A stretch of 64,000 bases of DNA, taken from the NCBI GenBank assembly GCA_910584615.1, contig CAJUAM010000002.1, forward strand, positions 29,370 to 93,369. The letters are read 5' to 3'. Source of the stretch: an uncultured Dorea sp. Its GTDB lineage: Bacteria; Bacillota; Clostridia; Lachnospirales; Lachnospiraceae. The notes beneath the pieces were generated by a model. That model did not search any database, was not told the origin of the DNA, and saw only the letters and a list, made by a program, of their open reading frames with translations. A program made the translations under genes and the position numbers. Below, in pieces: positions 1-7,459 of the stretch; within the stretch, counting starts at the first letter, position 1, and each line of letters opens with the position of its first letter.

Positions 1-198
1 TTTTCCAAAGATCCGGATTTTGCTGACAACTGCCGGAAACTTCTTACTATGATGATGGCAGAATGTTCCAGAGAGTTTGAACGGCTTCCTATCCTTCTGC
101 ATGCGGATATTTTGCGCAATATACTCTATTCCGGTGTCTGGTGCAGATACACTCTGGTTACAGAAAAACGCGCGCAAGAGAAAGAAAAACATTTATAA
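1..198 (+). CDS. 3' end of a conserved hypothetical protein (DUF5685-like), truncated by window edge
   Basis: Open frame 1 from base 1 to TAA 196-198, ending ...EFERLPILLHADILRNILYSGVW...; resembles the C-terminus of the family usually found upstream of these J-domain genes. Confidence 0.6.
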   Translation, partial: FSKDPDFADNCRKLLTMMMAECSREFERLPILLHADILRNILYSGVWCRYTLVTEKRAQEKEKHL

Positions 199-225
199 AC
201 TTATATGATCAGGAGAACATTTATT

Positions 226-924
226 ATGACAGACCCTTACAGTGTCCTTGGGGTACGAAAAGAAGCTTCCGACGATGAAATCAAAAAAGCATACCGCAGT
301 TTAAGCCGCAGATATCATCCGGATGCAAATATCAACAATCCACATAAGGATATGGCAGAGGCAAAATTCAAAGAAGTGCAGCAGGCATACAACCAGATCA
401 TGCATGAACGTGAATATGGCTCTTTCAGTGGTTATTCTGCTGACGATGATGAATCTTTCGGCGGTTTTGGACCGTTTGGAGGCTTCTACGCAAAATACCG
501 GCAGACAGATTCCGGCTCCGCCGGTGACAATGAGGACGCCCTTCATCTTCGCGCCGCTGCTAATTACATTAACAACGGTTATTATAGGGAAGCGCTGAAT
601 CTTTTGAATAACATTACGTCCAGAGATGCACAGTGGTATTATTACAGCGCCCTAGCCAATTCTGGTATAGGTAATGTCGCGACCGCGCTCGATCATGCAA
701 AAGAAGCGTTAAGACGCGAACCGGATAATTTCCAATATCAGATGCTTGTGAACCGTCTTGAAGGCGGCAGCACATGGTACAGACAGCAGCAAGGACCGTA
801 CCAGACCACTTTTTCCACGGGAAATAACTGGTGTCTGAAATTGTGTATTGCCAACCTTTTGTGTAATCTCTGCTGTAATGGAATGTATTGCGGCGGCAGT
901 GGAATTCCTGGCGGATATATATAG
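226..924 (+). CDS. J-domain protein with TPR and Cys-rich C-terminal tail
   Basis: DPYSVLGV...YHPD J-domain; TPR-like [10 protein letters not shown]...[16 protein letters not shown] favours ATG 226. Confidence 0.85.
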   Translation: MTDPYSVLGVRKEASDDEIKKAYRSLSRRYHPDANINNPHKDMAEAKFKEVQQAYNQIMHEREYGSFSGYSADDDESFGGFGPFGGFYAKYRQTDSGSAGDNEDALHLRAAANYINNGYYREALNLLNNITSRDAQWYYYSALANSGIGNVATALDHAKEALRREPDNFQYQMLVNRLEGGSTWYRQQQGPYQTTFSTGNNWCLKLCIANLLCNLCCNGMYCGGSGIPGGYI

Positions 925-982
925 GCAGATATTTATATAATAAATTTTAAAGATAATTTTTAAAAGTTTTATATTTTTATCC

Positions 983-1011
983 TTGACTATCCTCTAAGTG
1001 TTTGTTATAAT
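983..1011 (+). promoter_or_regulatory. sigmaA-type promoter of tRNA-Cys
   Basis: TTGACT (983-988), 17-nt spacer, TATAAT (1006-1011) with extended TG. Confidence 0.8.
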
Positions 1012-1029
1012 GAATTGTGCTTGAGAAAT

Positions 1030-1100
1030 GGCGCCATAGCCAAGTGGTAAGGCAGAGGTCTGCAACACCTTCATCACCAGTTCAAATCTGGTTGGCGCCT
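1030..1100 (+). tRNA. tRNA-Cys (GCA); CCA not encoded
   Basis: Acceptor stem GGCGCCA/TGGCGCC, D-arm GCCAAGTGGTAAGGC, anticodon loop CTGCAAC, T-loop TTCAAAT, U discriminator. Confidence 0.95.
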
Positions 1101-1103
1101 TTT

Positions 1104-1139
1104 AAAGTCCCGGAACGGATGTTTTCGGGACTTTTATTT
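1104..1139 (+). terminator. Intrinsic terminator between tRNA-Cys and the convergent regulator gene
   Basis: AAAGTCCCGGA...TTCGGGACTTT stem followed by a T-rich tail. Confidence 0.75.
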
Positions 1140-1191
1140 ATTATCTGATATTTCATTACTTATAATATTTAAACTTTCGGACGATTTGGCT

Positions 1192-2331
1192 TTAAAAATA
1201 ATCCTCTCCCAGATTTAATATATAAAACGACATCATGATCCTTACCCGGTTCTCATTACTCATAATGTCATAATCCAATATCTCTTTTATAGCGCTGATT
1301 TTATAATTCAATGTATTTTTATGACAGTAGAGCGCTTTTGCAGTCTGAAGGATACAGCAGTCATTTTCAAAAAACGCTCTGAGTATCATCATATATTCTG
1401 TATGTTTCATCTTATCATATTGAATTAAAGCTCCAAGCGTCTCTTCCACAAAGTCAGTGTAAATAGATGGCTCTTTTATATCCGCAAGTATTTTATAAAT
1501 CCCAAGTTCATCATAATACAAAAGGTTCTTTGGAATTGTTGTCTTCGTCAGACGGTACGCTGTGTACGCATTTTCATAAGAATTGTGGATATCCGCTATC
1601 CGCTTCTGCGTTGTGCCGACTCCGGCATAGATATTAATATCCTCCCGGCATATTTTCCCAAACTCTTTCTTAAGTCTGCTGATGAGATATCCTGCCGCCA
1701 ATATAATGAGCCGTCCCTTCTCTTCATAAATAATGGACTTTCGAAATACATACCGCAAATTATTTTCAATCTCCTTAAGACGTTCATTCCCGCTTTCCGT
1801 ATCATAAGTATAACAGCTCAGAATAATAACTGTATAAGACATATCCCTGAAAAATCCATTATGTTCAAAGTGATTGAGATACAGCCTCTCCTCCTCCGGA
1901 TAATAAATCGCATTCTTAAGGGCCGAAATAAGGTTTGTCTCTCTCTGCTCATTTTTCAGAAGTATCTCCGAGAATTTGCGCATGACATCAATATAAGGAG
2001 TATTCCACGAAGAAGAAAAGACAGGAAAATGTTTCCTGTTGCAATATTCTATAGTTTCTTTTGAAACCATACTGCCTGTATGCGAAGAAATGATCAGACC
2101 TCCGGCGCGCACTGATATGAGTGAATCAATAAATTCTTTAAGCCACTCTTCTGACGCATAGTTGAGCCCTGAATTAAACACCAGTTCATCTCCGTGAAGA
2201 AGACAGACAAACTCCTTTTCCTCAACCATATGCACCCATCCAATCTTTTTTCCAAAACAGCTTGTTGTCAGCAGCTTAAGATCATATTCTGACTGAACAT
2301 CCGCATACAGACTTTTTAATTCTACTGCCAT
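1192..2331 (-). CDS. PucR/CdaR-family transcriptional regulator
   Basis: N-terminal PucR ligand domain (IGWVHMVE...LHGDELVF), C-terminal HTH TAKALYCHKNTLNYKI; start moved to MAVELK based on RBS. Confidence 0.85.
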   Translation of the reverse strand: MAVELKSLYADVQSEYDLKLLTTSCFGKKIGWVHMVEEKEFVCLLHGDELVFNSGLNYASEEWLKEFIDSLISVRAGGLIISSHTGSMVSKETIEYCNRKHFPVFSSSWNTPYIDVMRKFSEILLKNEQRETNLISALKNAIYYPEEERLYLNHFEHNGFFRDMSYTVIILSCYTYDTESGNERLKEIENNLRYVFRKSIIYEEKGRLIILAAGYLISRLKKEFGKICREDINIYAGVGTTQKRIADIHNSYENAYTAYRLTKTTIPKNLLYYDELGIYKILADIKEPSIYTDFVEETLGALIQYDKMKHTEYMMILRAFFENDCCILQTAKALYCHKNTLNYKISAIKEILDYDIMSNENRVRIMMSFYILNLGEDYF

Positions 2332-2652
2332 CCTTTTCTCCTGTCCGTAATCTTTATTTACTCTGGCAATATACTTCCAGAATCCAAAGACACTAAGTAC
2401 TGATATAATTAATATATCATAATTTGTGCTCAAAGCACAATTATTTTGTATATTTCTGGAATCTTAAAACATACCCAAAACATTTTTAAAATGATATATT
2501 ATATAAGAAGTACAAATAAAAAATTAGTAACCCCGAACAATTTGTATTTCCAATCCAAACTCTAGATCATATAATAAAAAGACCAGCGTTTTTTCGCAGG
2601 TCCTTTTATTTTGTGGTACAATTTAATAAAAACAGATCGGAGAACGATATCT

Positions 2653-3147
2653 ATGAAATCTACATATATTACACACAATTTCACACCTGTTTTTGATAAA
2701 TATTCCCGTATTCTCATGCTCGGCACAATGCCGTCTCCTAGATCAAGGGAAGTCGGTTTTTATTATGGACATCCGAGAAACCGTTTCTGGAAAGTTATCT
2801 CCGACATATGCCGCGAATCTCTTCCCAATACGACGGAAGACAAGATTACACTGGCGCTTTCTCATCATATTGCCGTGTGGGATGTTCTCGCGGGCTGCGA
2901 TATCTGCGGGGCAGACGACAGCAGCATCCGAAATCCCAAAGCAAACGATCTGGATATCATTCTCTCCCATGCCGACATCAGGGCAATCTTTACTACCGGT
3001 ACGAAAGCATACCAATTATATCAAAAATACTGCTATCCAAAGACAGGTATCAAAGCAGCAATGCTGCCTTCCACAAGCCCGGCGAACTGCAGGGTTTCTT
3101 ACGAAGAGCTAAAAACAGCTTACTCTGCCATCTTAAAATATCTGTAA
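2653..3147 (+). CDS. Uracil-DNA glycosylase superfamily protein (family 6, hypoxanthine-DNA glycosylase-like)
   Basis: ILMLGTMPS...YYGHPRNRFW, WDVL, LPSTSPAN motifs. Confidence 0.85.
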   Translation: MKSTYITHNFTPVFDKYSRILMLGTMPSPRSREVGFYYGHPRNRFWKVISDICRESLPNTTEDKITLALSHHIAVWDVLAGCDICGADDSSIRNPKANDLDIILSHADIRAIFTTGTKAYQLYQKYCYPKTGIKAAMLPSTSPANCRVSYEELKTAYSAILKYL

Positions 3148-3223
3148 AATTCAAAAGCACATTTCTCCCTCCTGCTGAATAGACTAAAATATGAATTTCT
3201 ATTACAGACTTACGGAGGTTCTT

Positions 3224-4171
3224 ATGCCTGTACAATATATATTTTTTCTATTATTTATTATTTTACTATTATTTCTTTTTGCGGCAAACACCCATTTAAA
3301 ATGCATCAGATTAAAAATCTGTCATACACCTGATTTAAAAAAACTGGAACATCTTAACAGCATTCTTTCTCCCTATGGTTTTCAGTATGATCCCTCGGCA
3401 GATTGTTTTTACTCAACAATTCACTGCTGGCAGCGAAAATATGGCTACCGGCGCTTATATGACAATTCTGCTGCCACTTTTGGCATGATCTTTGACTGCG
3501 AACCTGTTTATTTTGATTATGGCAAAAGGCACTGGCTTATTGAATTCTGGAAAGGCCAGTACGGTATGTCAGCAGGGGCAGAAGTCGGGATCTATGCCGC
3601 AGACGACTCCCATCCCGAATCACATGATCCGCGTAAAATACATTACAAAAGCATTAAAGACTCGGAACTGCTTCCTATAAGAATTAATCTTTTTTACAAA
3701 GAACAGTTTATCGCGGTCCGCGAAAAGCGGCACTGGTGGCTGACCGCATTTTTCCTTGGGAAGTTCTGTCCTCCTCACACACTGTCGGCAAAAATCAGTA
3801 TTACCTTTCCGGATTATGAGATGTGTAATGCCTATATTGAAGGCCTGAAACGCGCAGGATATCATTCCACAAGCATCAGCAGGTGTCTTCTTACTGTCAC
3901 CGTACCATTTACACAGCCAAAATCTGAACAACCGGCTTCCCGATATTTCGTATCCACAAAACTACGGTTATTTTTCAACCGCTTATGCTGCTGTTTGTAT
4001 CGCTTTCTTACAAGGAATTTCACAAACACACTTGACCGGCTGGAATATCTGGCAGCTCTTAGTCCTTTACTTCTTAACGCAGCTTTGTGTTTTACAAGAA
4101 CCCAAAAACGCTATAACAGATATCACTCATCAAAGGAGGCTTCTCATGTCCACAGAAAGCCGTTTGAATAA
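3224..4171 (+). CDS. Membrane-anchored DUF4474-like protein
   Basis: N-terminal TM segment; WQRKYGY..LYD, DCEPVYFDY..WLIEFWKGQYG and HWWLTAF motifs. Confidence 0.65.
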   Translation: MPVQYIFFLLFIILLLFLFAANTHLKCIRLKICHTPDLKKLEHLNSILSPYGFQYDPSADCFYSTIHCWQRKYGYRRLYDNSAATFGMIFDCEPVYFDYGKRHWLIEFWKGQYGMSAGAEVGIYAADDSHPESHDPRKIHYKSIKDSELLPIRINLFYKEQFIAVREKRHWWLTAFFLGKFCPPHTLSAKISITFPDYEMCNAYIEGLKRAGYHSTSISRCLLTVTVPFTQPKSEQPASRYFVSTKLRLFFNRLCCCLYRFLTRNFTNTLDRLEYLAALSPLLLNAALCFTRTQKRYNRYHSSKEASHVHRKPFE

Positions 4172-5021
4172 ATTATTAAAGACCACCCCGGTCATTTCCT
4201 ATGACTATCTGTCACGCTTTGTTATTATGAGTGACTGTCATAGAGGAACAGGCAACTGGGGCGATAATTTTCTCAAAAATCAAAATATCTATTCTGCTGC
4301 TCTTCGCCACTACTATCAAAACGGTTATACTTACATTGAGCTTGGGGATGGCGATGAGCTATGGGAGAATCGTAATATGGAAGAAATCGTGGCAACCCAT
4401 TCTGATATCTTTGAACTGTTGTCTTGTTTTTATAAGAACAATCGCCTTCATATGCTCTGCGGGAATCACGATTTCATCAAAAAGAAACCTCAGTTTTTAC
4501 GCTGCTGTAATGATTATTACTGTGAGAGCCAGTGCTCAAAACTCCCCCTCATGCCCGGACTCTGCGTTCACGAAAGCCTGATTCTTCAGAACAAAGTCAG
4601 TGGGAGCAGTATTTTTCTTGTACATGGCCATCAAGGGGATCTGCTCAATGATACGTTTTGGAAATTCAGCAGATTCCTTGTCCGTTACATCTGGCGGCCG
4701 TTAGAACTTTTCGCCCTCAACGATCCCACCAGCGCCGCAAAAAATAACACAAAAAAAAGCGCCGTAGAACAGCGCCTTTCTGCATGGTCTTCAAAACATT
4801 CCCAGCTACTGATTGCGGGACACACACACCGTCCCATATTCCCTGCAGATAAAGATTCTCTTTACTTCAACTGCGGAAGCTGTGTTCATCCCTACTGCAT
4901 AACTGCCTTAGAGATCCGTGACAATAAAATCACTCTTGTAAAATGGCTGGTCAAATCTCATCCTGATTTAAGCATGTACATCGGACGGGAGATCCTCGCC
5001 GGACCCGCAGCCCTTTCCTGA
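4146..5021 (+). CDS. Calcineurin-like metallophosphoesterase
   Basis: SDCH, LGDGDELW, GNHD, HGH and GHTH motifs; AAGGAGG RBS before ATG 4146. Confidence 0.85.
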   Translation: MSTESRLNKLLKTTPVISYDYLSRFVIMSDCHRGTGNWGDNFLKNQNIYSAALRHYYQNGYTYIELGDGDELWENRNMEEIVATHSDIFELLSCFYKNNRLHMLCGNHDFIKKKPQFLRCCNDYYCESQCSKLPLMPGLCVHESLILQNKVSGSSIFLVHGHQGDLLNDTFWKFSRFLVRYIWRPLELFALNDPTSAAKNNTKKSAVEQRLSAWSSKHSQLLIAGHTHRPIFPADKDSLYFNCGSCVHPYCITALEIRDNKITLVKWLVKSHPDLSMYIGREILAGPAALS

Positions 5022-5039
5022 TAACATATATTCCATACA

Positions 5040-5279
5040 TTATGCTTCTTTTTTACCTTTAAACATCCCTTTAAGCTTCTGTAGCTTTTCCTTGTCCACG
5101 GCTGCAACCGCTTCACGATTCGCCTTTGTAGCCTCGACAAGCTCTTCGCGAAGTATCTGAACCTGTTTTGGCGCATCAATTGCCAAACGTACTCCGTCAC
5201 TTCCGCTCTCTAAAACTGTTATCTTAATATTCTCATTCAGAATCAGTGATTCTCCTGTTTTCCTTCTTAGAATCAGCAT
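5040..5279 (-). CDS. csrA: Carbon storage regulator CsrA
   Basis: MLILRRKTGESL...VRLAIDAPKQVQILREEL; follows fliW. Confidence 0.95.
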   Translation of the reverse strand: MLILRRKTGESLILNENIKITVLESGSDGVRLAIDAPKQVQILREELVEATKANREAVAAVDKEKLQKLKGMFKGKKEA

Positions 5280-5283
5280 ATCT

Positions 5284-5721
5284 TCATGCCTCCTCCTTCT
5301 CGAATTCCTTCAGCAAATGACGAAATCCATATTCTTCGGAACTCAGAATAACCTGCCTTGCCTGTCTTGTAACATGATTTACTACAATCGGACATTTCAA
5401 GTTCACTGTACTCTCCTTTGCAGCATTCGCAATCACACAAAAAACATAGTAAGATAAATCCTTCTCATCCGAAGTCCCAAGATTCTTATAATCCTCCTCA
5501 CTAAGCACAGGATTATAATCTTCTTTCAGCATAAAAGGATTCATAACGATAAATGACAGATTCTCATTTTTAACACTTTGCAAATATAAAACTGCGTCAC
5601 TTCCGTCTTCAAGCATAACCGGAAGGAATTTTTTCTCTTCCTCGAAGCCAAAAATCCCTTCCTTAAATTCAATATACTGGCTCTCTTCGCTGATATCTTT
5701 TTTGATATTGTCACTTCCCAT
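5284..5721 (-). CDS. fliW: Flagellar assembly factor FliW
   Basis: GIFGFE, LQSV, MNPF and TVNLKCPIVVN motifs; upstream of csrA. Confidence 0.9.
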   Translation of the reverse strand: MGSDNIKKDISEESQYIEFKEGIFGFEEEKKFLPVMLEDGSDAVLYLQSVKNENLSFIVMNPFMLKEDYNPVLSEEDYKNLGTSDEKDLSYYVFCVIANAAKESTVNLKCPIVVNHVTRQARQVILSSEEYGFRHLLKEFEKEEA

Positions 5722-5731
5722 ATCTTCGCTC

Positions 5732-6349
5732 CTAAGCCTCAACATCTATCTGATGTCCTTCAAATATTTCCGCGGCACTTGGCGGCACATAGATAGGCCC
5801 TCCAACGTACTTAATTTCAATATCAGGATACTGCAGAATTGACAGCTCAATATTTCCCGGTATAAACTCAATATCGCCCTTTTGGATCTTTGTATCAAAA
5901 TTCAGCTTATCCATCTGATATTCAATATTAAATTCAGGCTCCTCCCATTCAATATTCGGTCCTGCTTTCGGAAGGAAATCCATAACAAAATCCCCGGTCG
6001 GCTCTGCGGTACGTTCAGCAAAAATCTGATTCAGTACTTCAGCGCCCTGCCCTACTTTCGCATTTAACAAGAGCTGTCCCTCCCTTACATAGTTCGCTGT
6101 CGCTTTGTACGCCACACTTTTTCCCTGCTGAGCTTTCTGAGAAATCATCGTTTTAGTTGTCGGAACAACAGAGTTCCTTGCCTCATACGTGTCGATATGG
6201 AGCTTGATCGGGCGGCTCTTAATCTTCATTCCGCCCTTATCTCTGCTTATCTCCACTTGGGCAGTGCTGTTCTGATATTCTAATGATGCGTGATTCACTT
6301 TAAGTTCATACTTAATAGGTATTGTCTTAATCTCCAGCAACTGTTCCAT
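5732..6349 (-). CDS. YviE/DUF6470-like flagellar operon protein
   Basis: Position between flgL and fliW; C-terminal QYPDIEIKYVGGPIYVPPS. Confidence 0.7.
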   Translation of the reverse strand: MEQLLEIKTIPIKYELKVNHASLEYQNSTAQVEISRDKGGMKIKSRPIKLHIDTYEARNSVVPTTKTMISQKAQQGKSVAYKATANYVREGQLLLNAKVGQGAEVLNQIFAERTAEPTGDFVMDFLPKAGPNIEWEEPEFNIEYQMDKLNFDTKIQKGDIEFIPGNIELSILQYPDIEIKYVGGPIYVPPSAAEIFEGHQIDVEA

Positions 6350-6385
6350 ATCGCTCTCTCCTTTCTCTCATTTCCCTGATTAATA

Positions 6386-7444
6386 TTAACTCATAAAGTC
6401 AAGCAACGAATTACCTAAAAGACTCATCCCTATCTTAAGTGCCGCATCATATGAATATTTGGCATACGATTCATTTGTAATTGCCAGTGCCGGGTCGATA
6501 CCGACAGCATTCCGATACTGTTCCTTGATATTATCTGATTCCATGTCAAGTCTTTTTGCCGTATTCTCAAGGAGCTGTGCCTTCGTTCCTACTCTCGCGA
6601 ACTGGTTCTGTAATTCTTCACGGCCTCCTTTAAACTGATTCCACAGCGCATTACATAAATCTCTGTCAAAAGGTTCTTTTTCCAATACATCTGCCATCTG
6701 CCCCGCAAGAACAATTATATTGTTGCTTAACTGCATCTTCTCGTCTGCATCTTCAATCGTCCCATCTTTATTCGTGTCGTAAACCGCCACATCCGTTGTA
6801 CCATATCCAACTGCTAAGATTCCCGGAAATGCCATGTCAAAAGCGCTGGAAGGAATAATATCGCCTGCATGCTCACCATCCGGATAGAATGACATTCCAA
6901 ATCCGATATCAACATACAATGTCTGGTTTTTCAACTCTTCCATTACTTCCGCATCATTGACATTCTTACCTTGATAGTATAAAGTGCCGCCTACTAAATC
7001 GAATGGTACATTTCTGCCGTCCGCTCCCGCCATAATAAATGTATCACCGTACTGGGTGTTCAAAGAGTGCACAAGACTTTCCTGTAATTCCCGCAGATTC
7101 TGCGCGTAAGCAGACCTGCCGACAGAACCCGTCGGATCATTCATAGCAGCCATAAACTCGCTTTCATCAATCTGGTTCGCATAGGTACTCAGCTCATTCA
7201 AGATATCTGACTGAGAGTCGATCCATTTCTGAGTATTCTTTACAGTATTAGCATAATCTGCGTTCCTTGCACTTCTCCGCTCGAGAATCATACCCTTAGC
7301 TGCCGCCGAAGGATCTTCATAAGATGACTGAAAGCGTCTTCCAGTCTCTGCCTGCTTTCTTGCTTTCTCCAATCCTCCGATATTTTCCATCAGATTGTTC
7401 GTATAATTTCTTCTCAACATATTAGTTGTAATACGCATTCCCAT
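6386..7444 (-). CDS. flgL: Hook-associated protein FlgL
   Basis: MRITTNM N-terminus, EDPSAA, SLLDFM C-terminus; follows flgK. Confidence 0.9.
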   Translation of the reverse strand: MGMRITTNMLRRNYTNNLMENIGGLEKARKQAETGRRFQSSYEDPSAAAKGMILERRSARNADYANTVKNTQKWIDSQSDILNELSTYANQIDESEFMAAMNDPTGSVGRSAYAQNLRELQESLVHSLNTQYGDTFIMAGADGRNVPFDLVGGTLYYQGKNVNDAEVMEELKNQTLYVDIGFGMSFYPDGEHAGDIIPSSAFDMAFPGILAVGYGTTDVAVYDTNKDGTIEDADEKMQLSNNIIVLAGQMADVLEKEPFDRDLCNALWNQFKGGREELQNQFARVGTKAQLLENTAKRLDMESDNIKEQYRNAVGIDPALAITNESYAKYSYDAALKIGMSLLGNSLLDFMS

Positions 7445-7459
7445 AAAACCGCCTCCTCA

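Noticed and set aside
1030..5040. tRNA-Cys as the integration site of a flagellar genomic island
   Set aside because: No integrase or transposase in the window and no repeat of the tRNA 3' end noticed; ordinary genes separate the tRNA from csrA
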